A DNA stretch of 64,000 nucleotides from Histomonas meleagridis 2922-C6/04-290x (Eukaryota; Protista; Parabasalia): the NCBI GenBank assembly GCA_020184695.1, contig JAANOX010000083.1, forward strand, positions 186,001 through 250,000, written 5' to 3'. Shown piece by piece: positions 51,548 to 62,766 of this stretch. The first letter of the stretch is position 1. Every line of letters starts with the position of its first letter. The notes under the pieces were generated by a model that saw only the letters and a program-made list of their open reading frames with translations, did not search any database and was not told where the DNA came from. Made by a program: the position numbers and the translations under genes.

Positions 51548-51726
51548 AACATGTTAATTTTTTCACTGCTTTTATAATGTGAAACCGTTTACTCGTTTTT
51601 CTCATTAAAACAAACAATCTAAGCTTTGAGCTCAAAATGGAAACTTTTAAAAACAAATTAACTCGTTAAACGAGTAGGAATTGGAGTCAATACTTGTCAT
51701 TCTTATTGTAATACTTCGAATGAGAT

Positions 51727-52188
51727 TTATTCAAATTGAGTTTTAGTTTCTCTGTATGATTGTTTGATGCAACCAAAGAGAATCAAAACCATGTTGACGA
51801 GAGTAAGAACTGATGCAATTATTGTGATAAAACCAGCTGCAATTCCTAAGCTTGCAGACAAGCCCATATCACAAAAACCAATAAACAAGTAAGCAGCTCC
51901 TCTTACAAATCCAATCTTAGCATACCTGAAGAAAACAGGGTTGATAATTAAAAGAAGTTCGTAAATTCCAGCGCATCCTGATACCAATGCGAAGAAGAGC
52001 ATGCTTATGTTTGTGTACCATAATTGATTCACTTTTGTTGTAGCTGCGTTTACTTCAACTCCAAATTTCAATTTCAATGACTTATAACTTACGACACTTG
52101 CAGCGTAACCAAAAGTAGAAACTGAAAGAACCATAGAAGCAAAAGCAATAAAGCTTGAAATACGGAGATATATTTCTGCGCACCCCAT
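51727..52188 (-). CDS. Small multi-TM protein, COPI-associated (Tvp15-like)
   Basis: Four hydrophobic helices; FFRYAKIGFVRGAAYLFIG resembles the COPI_assoc 'F.FL....GRG.FY.F.G' motif. Confidence 0.5.
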   Translation of the reverse strand: MGCAEIYLRISSFIAFASMVLSVSTFGYAASVVSYKSLKLKFGVEVNAATTKVNQLWYTNISMLFFALVSGCAGIYELLLIINPVFFRYAKIGFVRGAAYLFIGFCDMGLSASLGIAAGFITIIASVLTLVNMVLILFGCIKQSYRETKTQFE

Positions 52189-52601
52189 GTTCCAATGGCA
52201 AAAAACTGTTTTTTTTCAATTGTCGTCGGGCGCTTTGAAAGTCAAATAATCGGTCGTACGATTGTTTTTTCACCACACAACACTTGTTAAACGAAAATAA
52301 GATAATCCGTACGAATGAAAAAACATAACATTTATACCCAAAAACCGAAATAGTAGCAAAACCTTTACGTAAGTCTTTAATTACATGTTATTTAATTACA
52401 TGATCTTTTTCTTCAATAAGCTTTCATTGATTAGAATGCAAAAGAATCCCTTTGGATACCCGAAGCACAATGAGAGTTATCTTATCCATAGCTCTTTTTC
52501 ATGTTTTTGTGTAATTTAAATGCTGCATTAAGAATGTTGGTTCTCACTACATAGACACACAGTATGATAAACACAATTTTATTAAAAACAAATAGAAGTT
52601 T

Positions 52602-55600
52602 TCAATTGGATTTCCGTATAAGTTCCAATCCATTTGTTTTAGCACCGATTTGTGATAGATCACAAATGTTGCACACGAGTCCCTTATATTCTGTCTTGAA
52701 AAACGCCCCACAGAAAGGACATGAAATCCTTTCTTCCCCGCCATAAATCGGTTTTAAAGATTTACTGCACACAACAAACGGTTTTCGGTATTCGTATTCA
52801 ATTTTTGGCGGTTTTTGCGGTTGTTCCTTTTCGGCTACTTTTGATGCTTGTATAACTTTACGCGCTTGCTCAGCAGTTCTCTGTGATGGTGATAATTCCA
52901 ACAACCTCGACGCAAAGGTTCTTGCTTGGCCATAGTACTTTTCACGAAATGCGAGTCCCATTGCTGATTGTAATGTTAAACGCAAGTGTGAAGAATCTAA
53001 CTTACAGTGAGTGAAGTAAGAAGCGAGTTCAAGTTGTCTCGCAGGATTAGTTTCTTGTTTTCGAGCAATTTCTAATGTGAGTCCAATTATGTAATTTTTG
53101 CATTTTTCAATTAGACTATAAATTTCATCAAGCTCAGAATTAGAAGAGCATACAAGTAAAGGTATTGATTGTATTGCAGTTCGAAAACTTTCTATTGATT
53201 CTTGAAATTTTCCAGTGCGAAAGAGCACTTTTCCGGTTTTGACGGTTTCTTTGATGTGATTTGTGTTTGGAAATGTTTCATGCGCCAGCAATGGTACAAC
53301 AAGAAGTGGAGAGCATGCACAAGATGGCAAAGCGGCGTTGGAACTAATATATGATTGGATAAAAATTCGCTTGAGTGGTTCAGCATTAATTAGTGCAATT
53401 TGCTCATGAAGTTCATTGAGAGCTTCTCCAAAAAGACCCGCAGCTACAGCATCTGCAGGAACATGCGAACGAAGTGCAAATTTTTGTTGTTCACTTTCGC
53501 CAATTAATGGAGGAACAAATGTGTTTTCAATTTCTTTTTCATCTATTTCAAGATCATCTTCGCCCCAAACATTACTTTCATCGATTTCTGCTTCTTCTTC
53601 CCATTTGTTATCACCTTTGTCTTCATCGTTAATTTTATGAATAGGAATATTCAGATGAGGCCAATCTTCACAAGATCCTTCATCTGCAATAGGATTTGTC
53701 AAATCAGCTTTGCAGCCAAATTTGTTTGGGATGTTTGTGTTAGAAAGTTTTGTGATTTGCAATCTTAATTCTTCTTTATCAGCTGCAATAAACGCAACTA
53801 ATGGAAGAATGTCCTTCGTGAGGTGGAATATACTCTCTCTGTCATTCATCCAAATTGATCTTTGGAGAGATAGAAAATTATTGCAATCCATCGATTTAAG
53901 TTTTTTACCACATCCACTGATAAGGTAAAAGAAAGCAAGGCGTTCTGCGTTGCCAGAGCGTTTGATTGCTTGTTCAGCTTGAGCAAAGTTTCCGCATAAC
54001 ATTGATTTATCTGCAAGTGCTTCCCAAGCATTTGGGTCATTTAACGTTTCAGCTATTCGAAAAGCTTCATCTAAATCGCCGGCATCTAAAGCAAATCTGA
54101 ATTTATCTGAAGGATTATCAATAAGTTGAAGTGCAATTTCGGGGTGCCCCATTTTACTTATGAATTGAATTAAACGTTCGCTTCGAACTTTTAAATTTTT
54201 TAGAATAGATTTTGCTTTAGATATATCTCCTTTAGAGAGCGCAGCTTTGAACATACACTCATTCATATCAATTTCTATTCTGGATAAAGATGAGGATGCT
54301 ATAAAACATATCGCTTCTGTATCGGTAACCGCTGCGATATAAACTTTTTCTGTTAAACTTCGGAGCACCCCAAATTCACCGTTTGGCAAAATGTATTTTA
54401 TGTGTTTTTTAGTTGCAAACACAAAGAAATCGTCACGAAACCAAACGCCTCCTTTGATTTTAGTACCTTCTGCATGTTTTATAACTTTATCTAAGTTTAT
54501 AGTTGATATTATAATTGATGAATTTGATATAAATGCAACAAATTTTTTATTTTCGGAAACATTTGAGAATTTCACATCAAAAATTGATAATTTATTAATA
54601 ATTTTTCTTTTTAACATATCAAACAAATAAATATAATCATTTGAAGATAAATATATTAAATTATTTGAAACAGGAAATAATATATTCGACAAAGGAATTT
54701 GTATTTTTGTTATTGATGAGCCATTAAATTCTTTTACATTTAAAATATTATTATTTTCGCTTAAAAAAGCAAATTGATTTCGCGATATCCAAATTGGTGA
54801 TTTCCCATTTTCTTTATAAAGTTCACTTTGACCAATTTTCCCTAATTCATGAAGTTCAAACATGTTTTTATATTCGACTAATAATAAATTTCTGTTTTCA
54901 TTATACTGTAATCGAATTGGTTTAATATCAAGTGCTGAATGTCTATCAGCTATGATTGGTTTAGGATTTGCTACTCCAATAGTTTGATCACTTTGTGTTA
55001 TAAAATTATAACGTCGAATTGAATTGTTCTTGTAATAAATTATATACCTGTCACTTTTTACGAATGAAGTCCTCTGATTCACTGACCGAATAATGAGAAA
55101 ACCGTTTTCATGCCCAACTGCAAATAATGGCTGATTGCAGTGGCACGAAAGTGATGAAAATCGGTTGTTAGTATTACGATACTTGATAAGTGGTAAGTAG
55201 TTCTTTGTTTCCCAAAGTTGAATATTTCCTTCTTTGGAACAAGAAACAATTATATCTAGAAATGGATGAAAAAGAGAACATCTACAAGAACCTTGAAGAG
55301 TAGTAATAGAATTTATATCATTTTCATCAAATGACCATATTTTAATGGTTTGATCTTTTGAACATGAAATTACTAGTTGTCGATTTGGATGCCATTGAGC
55401 ATAATTGATGCCTAATGTTTGTGAGGTTTTTGAAATTTTAAGTGTAGGAGTTAAAAATGTGGAAGGATTGGATGCAAGTGAGGAAATGTCCCATATCATT
55501 ATTTGGTCATCGAGTGAAGCAGTTATGATATATGGTTCGGTGGGATGGAAAAGAGCAGACATTACAGAGCTGGTGTGACCTGCAATAATAGAAACATTTG

Positions 55601-55976
55601 ATTTTGTTTGATAATTCCAGATTCGAACTGTTTGATCATTAGACGAACTTACAATTAATGGAAGAGTATGATGAAATTGAACCGTGCGAATAATATCGAA
55701 GTGTTCAGTAAAACAACATATGCAACATTGTTTTTCATAATCAAAAACACGTACAAAATTATCATCGCTTCCAGAACAAAATAAAGGACTTGAGTTATGA
55801 AAATCAACAGAACGAACAGGTTTATCTGTTTCTTTATATTTTTGTATTTGAGCTTGAATTTCATAATCATAAATTACGATTTCGCCATTGTGAAAAGATA
55901 CAAGTAACCACTGGTTTGTATTATGAAAGCATAGCCCTCTAACTCGTTTTGTTTCGAGTTCTTGCTTTACAAACAT
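52602..55976 (-). CDS. COPA: Coatomer subunit alpha (alpha-COP)
   Basis: N-terminal TKRVRGLCFH..WLLVSFHNGEI, WD40 repeats, KIKGGVW, ARQLELASYFTHCKLDSSHLRLTL and a C-terminal CPFCGA..CNIC..SQIG. Confidence 0.95.
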   Translation of the reverse strand: MFVKQELETKRVRGLCFHNTNQWLLVSFHNGEIVIYDYEIQAQIQKYKETDKPVRSVDFHNSSPLFCSGSDDNFVRVFDYEKQCCICCFTEHFDIIRTVQFHHTLPLIVSSSNDQTVRIWNYQTKSNVSIIAGHTSSVMSALFHPTEPYIITASLDDQIMIWDISSLASNPSTFLTPTLKISKTSQTLGINYAQWHPNRQLVISCSKDQTIKIWSFDENDINSITTLQGSCRCSLFHPFLDIIVSCSKEGNIQLWETKNYLPLIKYRNTNNRFSSLSCHCNQPLFAVGHENGFLIIRSVNQRTSFVKSDRYIIYYKNNSIRRYNFITQSDQTIGVANPKPIIADRHSALDIKPIRLQYNENRNLLLVEYKNMFELHELGKIGQSELYKENGKSPIWISRNQFAFLSENNNILNVKEFNGSSITKIQIPLSNILFPVSNNLIYLSSNDYIYLFDMLKRKIINKLSIFDVKFSNVSENKKFVAFISNSSIIISTINLDKVIKHAEGTKIKGGVWFRDDFFVFATKKHIKYILPNGEFGVLRSLTEKVYIAAVTDTEAICFIASSSLSRIEIDMNECMFKAALSKGDISKAKSILKNLKVRSERLIQFISKMGHPEIALQLIDNPSDKFRFALDAGDLDEAFRIAETLNDPNAWEALADKSMLCGNFAQAEQAIKRSGNAERLAFFYLISGCGKKLKSMDCNNFLSLQRSIWMNDRESIFHLTKDILPLVAFIAADKEELRLQITKLSNTNIPNKFGCKADLTNPIADEGSCEDWPHLNIPIHKINDEDKGDNKWEEEAEIDESNVWGEDDLEIDEKEIENTFVPPLIGESEQQKFALRSHVPADAVAAGLFGEALNELHEQIALINAEPLKRIFIQSYISSNAALPSCACSPLLVVPLLAHETFPNTNHIKETVKTGKVLFRTGKFQESIESFRTAIQSIPLLVCSSNSELDEIYSLIEKCKNYIIGLTLEIARKQETNPARQLELASYFTHCKLDSSHLRLTLQSAMGLAFREKYYGQARTFASRLLELSPSQRTAEQARKVIQASKVAEKEQPQKPPKIEYEYRKPFVVCSKSLKPIYGGEERISCPFCGAFFKTEYKGLVCNICDLSQIGAKTNGLELIRKSN

Positions 55977-56198
55977 TCACAAGCCAAAAGATAAGGCTTG
56001 CAGGAAATTAGGTGTGCCCTGATTTTTGACAATCTTTGTTTCGCTTGGTTTCAAAGTAATATCAGTATTTTCAAATCGCAACAAAACGCATGTAACTGAT
56101 CTTTGCTACAATATAAATATATTAAATAAATTTTTATTAACCCAAAATATTATTCTTTTTATAATATATATACATTGCGCACGGATTCTCATGATTTT

Positions 56199-59100
56199 TC
56201 AAATAGCTTTGATGATATGTTTTTTCATTTTTGAATTTTCATTATAATATTTATGAAAAGCTTCAGTGAAGCATTTGTATTGTGGAATATCTTTCCAAAA
56301 TTCTTTCACAAATTCCACGAATTCATCAACAGAATAATTTACATCTGAATAACATTGTTCGATCTCTGTATAGAATTCGCTCCATTTCATTTGTAATTCC
56401 AAAATTATATAATTTGCATGATACGAAATATCAGCTGAAGTATTTTGATTTAATGCATTTACTGCATCTGGCTTTTCCAAGAAGTTTCGTAACAACTTAA
56501 TATAATCAAAGAAATAACATAACAAAGCATAAGAGTTCATATCTTTTTCAACTCTTTTCAATCTTAATTTCGATTCATTTATTACGTTTTGAGTCCGATC
56601 TGAATAAATCTTTTTCAACATTTCTTGTGTAGCTATATGTGCGCCTTCTGTTGCATATTTGTTTGATTCAAAAACAATTTGACATGTTCCATTTTGTCCT
56701 TGTCTTCCAGCCCTTCCTAATCCTTGACATTCGACGCGGAAATTAATTGGAAAGAACGAAAGAATCACATGAAGTCCGCCATTATTTAATGCTTGTTTTT
56801 CAAGTTTAATATCTGTTCCTCTTCCAGCAGTATTTGTTGCAATTGTAACTGAATGAGTTCTTCCTGCACGTTCTATAATAAAATCTTCACTTTCTTGTTG
56901 TTTATCGTTAAGTACAAAATGATTTATTGAAAGTGATCTTAGTTTTGCTGATAATTCAAGTGATTCTTCGATAGTTAATACTATGATTAATATTGGCCGC
57001 CCTAATTTAAGCATTTCATTAATAATTCTAATTATTTCATTATGTTTTTCTTCTTTAGTCTTGAAGATTAATGTATTATATCTTTTTCGTAAACAAATTT
57101 TATTCGGAGGTACATCAAAATTATCGACTTTATAAATGTTTTTGATTTCTTCTCTTTCTGATTCTTCACCTAAAGTACCTGTTAATCCATAAATTTCCTT
57201 ATAATCATTAAAATATGAAGGATGTGATATCGAAGCAATTGTTCCATTATTATCTTGAATTTGAATGTTTTCTTTAACTTCAAGAAATTGATGTAATCCT
57301 TGCGTATATCTCGATCCATGCATAATTCTTCCTGTGTTTTCCATATCGACAATTTGTATTTCAGTTTTGTTCGTTTTTAGATTCTTTCCAATGATATAAT
57401 TAATATCTTTCTTCAAACAAATTGCTTTTAATGCACTTTGAATCCAAATTTTTATTTGTTCATTCGATATTTTCATAAGTTCATTTTTATGTTTACCATT
57501 TTCTACTGTTTCAAGTGTTTTTCTAATTGAATCGATATCAATGTTTGAATTTAATACCATTTTATATATTGGATAAAACACCCAATTATAATTTGTCTTA
57601 ACAGGGAATGATAAACGCGCTGAGTTTTGCATTGTATCAATGAATAAATTATCAGCTTCATCTACAATTACTGACATTTTATCTCTTCGTTTAAGTATTT
57701 TATCATATAATGATGTTGTCATTACTTTATCTATACCATCAATTCCTTCACTTAATCGAATAAATTCAAATGATGTATTTGTGCTATATAAAACTTGATA
57801 ATCAAAGTTCATTAAATTATTATTACCAAATTCAAATGTACCACAAGTTATTCCAAGTTTTTCGAAGAATGGTTTAAATTTAATTGCATCTCTTGATGCT
57901 AAATATTGAGTCGATGAAATTATATCAACAAAATCACCAGTTAAAGCAATTGCTGCTGATAGCATTGCTACAATAATACTTTTACCTTCACCTGTAGCTA
58001 CTTGTGCAATTCTTCCTTTGTTATAAGTTTCTTTATTAATTCGATGAAGTAAAAGTGAAAAAACAGTATAACATTGTACATTATATGGATTAATTTCAAA
58101 TGTATTATAAATTGTTTTCCTTAATAATGCAATTAATTGTGCACAGTTTTCTATTGTTGGATTAAGTTTAAATTGTTTTCCATATTCTAATGCTTTTTCT
58201 TGTATATTTGATATTGGTATTTGTATAGAGCTTAAAATTTTACTGAAATAATTTAAACTTGTTAAATCATTTTGATTAAGTGATATAATTGGTGTACCAT
58301 CAAATACATATGAATATGCTTCGAATTTTTGCTCTTTTGATTTAAAAGCATTTAATAAATCACCTATAGTTCTTTCATCTTTAAATAATACTGATTCAAC
58401 TCTTTGTACTTCTCTTTTTAAGGATTCGATTACGTTTCTACGTAAATTTAATATTTTAATTGATAAATCTTTTGATCTTAAACGTAATATTAATGATAAA
58501 ACTTCATTTATTTCATCAATATTTCGACCTGGAATTTTATTGATATATGTTTTAATAAAATATAATCCATATTGATCAACTATTTGAAAGATTTCATTGA
58601 AAAATGTTCCAATACTTTGTGATGTTATATTTGTAGAATTCTTTAATATAGAAATTGCTTTATCTAAAATTAATCTTTTCATTGAAAATGGTATAAATTC
58701 TTCTTGATATAATTCATATGTAACTTGAATTGCTGTTTCAATAATATTACAATTTAATTTTCTTGATATTAAATATGAAATTAATATTTGATCATCATTA
58801 GTAATAGAATTAATAATATCAACTGAATATGGTGAAATTAAATTTGGATTTGCTAATTCTAATATTGGTATTCTTGTAATCCATTTAAGTCGAACATAAA
58901 ATTCATCATCTGATAAATTATTTCCAATTTTATCTAATATTTGATGAATTGGTGAAACTAAAATTGGAAGTGGAAGAACATTAAATAGTTTTTCATTCTT
59001 ATTAACTCTTTGGATAAAATTAATTAAATTTTTTAAATGATGAATAATTGATGAACTTTGCGTTTCTGCAATAGAAACTAATCCATTTTTAATCCATTGA

Positions 59101-62100
59101 TAAATTGGATGATAACAATCAATAGAAACTTTTGATAAATAATTCGCAATTTCATAAAATACATTAATTCTTTCATTGCCAATTTTATAAAGAATCATTG
59201 TATATAACATTATCATAAATTCTTCATTTTCTTTTATTTCTTTAGTTTTAATTAAACTTGATATTAAACTATTTAAATTTGCTTTTGAATTTCTTATATA
59301 TGATTGAAACTTTTCATTAATAAATATTAAATAAAATCGATTAATATCATTATCAGAAATTTTAACATTTGATTTTATAAATGAAACAAATTTATAAAAT
59401 TCATTATCTGAATCATTTTTATCATATTTAAATTCTTTTTTCGGACCTATTTTATACATATCTTTATGAATTATATCATTTAATTCTTTACCTTCTTCAT
59501 AAATATTTGATTTTATTAATTCATTCCATTTTGGTAAAAGTTCATTTTTAATATTTTCTCGTTCATTATTTAATGATTCAATTGTGAAACCAGTAAAATG
59601 TGCTAATAAAGCAGCAGATTTATTTTGATTACATTTTATTGCATAATTTATAGGTGAATAACCTTGATTATTTACAATAGTTAAATCAAGAGATTCGAAT
59701 TTTAATAAATAAGAAACAAATGTTTCATTACCTTTTTCAATTGCAACATGAATTGGTGTTTGTCCTTCATCATCTTGTGAATTTAATAATGAAAAAATAA
59801 TTTCTTTATCACCTATTAAAATATAATGTGTTAATAAAATTTTAGTACATATAATTCCATCTAAAAGTGCACATATATGTAAAACATTTTGATTATTAAT
59901 TGTTTTTTGTAATGGATCAATTGGATATAAAAGTAATTCAGAAAATAATTTGATATTATTTAATAAAGCAGCATTCATTAACAATGTAAATCCATGTTTA
60001 TTAGATATTTGTAATTTAGATAAAGGAAGTATTGAAATTATTTTACATAATAATAAAGTACAATTTGGATTCATTGCAAGTGACAAAAGTATAGATGTAT
60101 CATATTGCATCATATTAAATGATTCTAAATTTATAATTTTATTAATTAATTTTTGATTTCCATTTAATAATCCAACATCAATAGCTGAAATATCTGTTTT
60201 ATCTTTAATTAAAGGATTTGCACCTAAACGTAATAACTCCATAAAAGCTGAAATACAATTTCTTTGTGCTGCAATAAAAATTGGTGTTTTTTGTGTATTA
60301 AAATCTTTAATATTTACATCAATATGAAGATTTTGTATAATGTAACGAATTGTTTCAGTTTTATTATGTTTGGCAGCAATATGTAATATTGAAAAAGGTT
60401 GTTGTTCATTCATTTGATCTAAAAACGAAATTGGATATAATTGAGAATAAAATCCTATTATTGAATTATTACCATTTTTAGCTACATAGAAAAATGGAAT
60501 TTTACCTTTATGATTCTTTTGTATGAATAATTCTTTTTTCTTTTCATAAATTTTAGAAAGAATTAAAATTAATTTTTCGGGATTATATTGTACATTTGCT
60601 TTAAAAAGTAAATGAAGTATATTGTTTCCTTCAATATTATGTAATTCAATATTAACATTTTCATTTAATAAATATTGGAATGCAATTAAATTTCCTGTTT
60701 TAGCGAATGTAAGTATTAATGATTCTTTTTTATTATTAAAGATATCAAACACTTTTATTGCTTGTCGCTTGTTCTCTTTTAATTTATTAATAATCAAATT
60801 CGTCATTCTTTGATCTAAATTTGGTATTGCTGCAACAATATGAAATATCGTTTGTCCATTTGAATCTTTAGAAAATAAATATTTGGAATTAAGTGTTTTA
60901 AATAATGCTTCAATAAAATGATTTTGGTAACCTGTTTTTTGTAATTCATCATATTCATATTCTTGTAATGTATCTAATAATATTGATCCTATATCTTTTT
61001 TAGGTAACTTTTTTTGTAATATTTCGAATAGTCCATTAAAAATAAATTCAAATATTTTATCAATCAAAAAATTTGGATTAAAATGTAATTTAAATTGCCT
61101 AACTTGAAAATCTGGTAATAATTCAAGTAAAGGATATAAAAAAGGACTTAATGATATTATATCTAATAAATTATTATTATCGATTAGAGGTAAAAGTCCA
61201 ATATTAAATGTTATTTCTTCTTTTCTAAATTTGGCACCATTTTTAATAATATTTAATAATTTTTGTTTTGTTCTTTCAAATGTCCCATTTATCAAAAATC
61301 TATGTTTGTCAGAAACTTTATTTTTATATGTATTAGCAATTATATAAGCGTTATCACTTCTATTGTTTTGAATCAATCTATCAATGATATTATCAGTATA
61401 AACAAAAATATAATTTTTTGTACTGAAAATAGTTTCTAATAATTGTGGTGAAATAAATGATGTATATAATATTAAAATCAATGATTCATTTGGATCAATA
61501 TGTTTCTTTAATAATAAAAATATTTCTGGTGTAGTTTCAGGTAATATTATATTTTTATAATTAAGTTTAAGATCTTGAAATTTTGGATTATTAATTATTT
61601 CTTCAATAATCTTTAAATCTTTCAAATCATGTCTAATGATTAAACCCTTAATTATTTTATCAAAAAATGGTTGTGGTAAAAATTCAACTGTTTCTAAAGC
61701 TGCTTTTAAGAATACATTATCATGATTTTTTATAGCAATATCAAACATATTATTTTTATTTTCATATAAAAGATTTGCACCATATTTTTTAATTTCTTTA
61801 ATCCATAAGTTTAATCCATATTGAGCTATTAATAAAGCAATTGGATATTTATCTATATCAATAAAAGAAGAAATTATTTGTAAACATTCAATATTTCCTC
61901 CAATACATACACATTCAATAATCTTTAATTGTTCTTCATAATTAAATATTAAATTATTTGTTTTATATATCATTAAAGCTCTTTGTAAAGGCATTAAAAG
62001 TCCAGATGATAAAATATTACATAAATCATTAAAACTTATTCTTTCATTTTCTTTTGAACATGCAACATCTTGTGAATTTAAACATGATAAAATATTATCA

Positions 62101-62699
62101 TATGAAATTGATCTTTTAGGTTTTAATAATGTTTTACTTAATGAATATTGCCCATATAAAATAGAATAATCAAAAGGAGTTAAACCGAATTTATCAGGAT
62201 CATTTCTTTTAAGAAAATAGATTTTATTAATCATTGATGCACAAATCGGAGAATATTTAGAAGCATAATGTAAATAATCCAAAGGTATTGACCGATTAAG
62301 TAATGAAGACTTTAAATATTTAAGTATTATTTGAAGACATTCTTTACGATCATATTTAGATGCATAATGAATTGGTGTTATTTTATCTTTTTTAATTTGT
62401 GATTGTAATGATGCGCCTTTTTGAATCATAGCTTCTACTATTTCTGGAAAATCATAATATATAGCAAAGAATAATGGTGTCATTCCAGTTTCATTAGTTT
62501 GATCAATGTATGGCATGTTTTTAACTTTCGATAAAATTATTTGAATAAGTTTTCTTTGACCATTAAAAACAGCAGCAAAAAATGGAGAAATACCATTTTC
62601 TTTAGTATTTTCTAAACTTTTTTCTTTATTAATAAATTTATTTACACTATTAATGTTACCTGAAGAACATGCAATATGTTCTGGTGATATATTAGGCAT
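56199..62699 (-). CDS. Ankyrin-repeat + SecA-type DEAD ATPase fusion protein, 2166 aa
   Basis: About 1000 aa of ankyrin repeats, then SecA motifs AQVATGEGKS, STQYLASRD, IVDEADNLFID, GLHQFLEVKE, GLTGT, IATNTAGRGTDIKL, GGLHVI and GRAGRQG. Confidence 0.9.
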   Translation of the reverse strand: MPNISPEHIACSSGNINSVNKFINKEKSLENTKENGISPFFAAVFNGQRKLIQIILSKVKNMPYIDQTNETGMTPLFFAIYYDFPEIVEAMIQKGASLQSQIKKDKITPIHYASKYDRKECLQIILKYLKSSLLNRSIPLDYLHYASKYSPICASMINKIYFLKRNDPDKFGLTPFDYSILYGQYSLSKTLLKPKRSISYDNILSCLNSQDVACSKENERISFNDLCNILSSGLLMPLQRALMIYKTNNLIFNYEEQLKIIECVCIGGNIECLQIISSFIDIDKYPIALLIAQYGLNLWIKEIKKYGANLLYENKNNMFDIAIKNHDNVFLKAALETVEFLPQPFFDKIIKGLIIRHDLKDLKIIEEIINNPKFQDLKLNYKNIILPETTPEIFLLLKKHIDPNESLILILYTSFISPQLLETIFSTKNYIFVYTDNIIDRLIQNNRSDNAYIIANTYKNKVSDKHRFLINGTFERTKQKLLNIIKNGAKFRKEEITFNIGLLPLIDNNNLLDIISLSPFLYPLLELLPDFQVRQFKLHFNPNFLIDKIFEFIFNGLFEILQKKLPKKDIGSILLDTLQEYEYDELQKTGYQNHFIEALFKTLNSKYLFSKDSNGQTIFHIVAAIPNLDQRMTNLIINKLKENKRQAIKVFDIFNNKKESLILTFAKTGNLIAFQYLLNENVNIELHNIEGNNILHLLFKANVQYNPEKLILILSKIYEKKKELFIQKNHKGKIPFFYVAKNGNNSIIGFYSQLYPISFLDQMNEQQPFSILHIAAKHNKTETIRYIIQNLHIDVNIKDFNTQKTPIFIAAQRNCISAFMELLRLGANPLIKDKTDISAIDVGLLNGNQKLINKIINLESFNMMQYDTSILLSLAMNPNCTLLLCKIISILPLSKLQISNKHGFTLLMNAALLNNIKLFSELLLYPIDPLQKTINNQNVLHICALLDGIICTKILLTHYILIGDKEIIFSLLNSQDDEGQTPIHVAIEKGNETFVSYLLKFESLDLTIVNNQGYSPINYAIKCNQNKSAALLAHFTGFTIESLNNERENIKNELLPKWNELIKSNIYEEGKELNDIIHKDMYKIGPKKEFKYDKNDSDNEFYKFVSFIKSNVKISDNDINRFYLIFINEKFQSYIRNSKANLNSLISSLIKTKEIKENEEFMIMLYTMILYKIGNERINVFYEIANYLSKVSIDCYHPIYQWIKNGLVSIAETQSSSIIHHLKNLINFIQRVNKNEKLFNVLPLPILVSPIHQILDKIGNNLSDDEFYVRLKWITRIPILELANPNLISPYSVDIINSITNDDQILISYLISRKLNCNIIETAIQVTYELYQEEFIPFSMKRLILDKAISILKNSTNITSQSIGTFFNEIFQIVDQYGLYFIKTYINKIPGRNIDEINEVLSLILRLRSKDLSIKILNLRRNVIESLKREVQRVESVLFKDERTIGDLLNAFKSKEQKFEAYSYVFDGTPIISLNQNDLTSLNYFSKILSSIQIPISNIQEKALEYGKQFKLNPTIENCAQLIALLRKTIYNTFEINPYNVQCYTVFSLLLHRINKETYNKGRIAQVATGEGKSIIVAMLSAAIALTGDFVDIISSTQYLASRDAIKFKPFFEKLGITCGTFEFGNNNLMNFDYQVLYSTNTSFEFIRLSEGIDGIDKVMTTSLYDKILKRRDKMSVIVDEADNLFIDTMQNSARLSFPVKTNYNWVFYPIYKMVLNSNIDIDSIRKTLETVENGKHKNELMKISNEQIKIWIQSALKAICLKKDINYIIGKNLKTNKTEIQIVDMENTGRIMHGSRYTQGLHQFLEVKENIQIQDNNGTIASISHPSYFNDYKEIYGLTGTLGEESEREEIKNIYKVDNFDVPPNKICLRKRYNTLIFKTKEEKHNEIIRIINEMLKLGRPILIIVLTIEESLELSAKLRSLSINHFVLNDKQQESEDFIIERAGRTHSVTIATNTAGRGTDIKLEKQALNNGGLHVILSFFPINFRVECQGLGRAGRQGQNGTCQIVFESNKYATEGAHIATQEMLKKIYSDRTQNVINESKLRLKRVEKDMNSYALLCYFFDYIKLLRNFLEKPDAVNALNQNTSADISYHANYIILELQMKWSEFYTEIEQCYSDVNYSVDEFVEFVKEFWKDIPQYKCFTEAFHKYYNENSKMKKHIIKAI

Positions 62700-62766
62700 T
62701 ATCTTATTATAAATGAATTGTTCAAAATCAGATTGATTTTTAAAATTTGGAGGTTGAATATCATTA

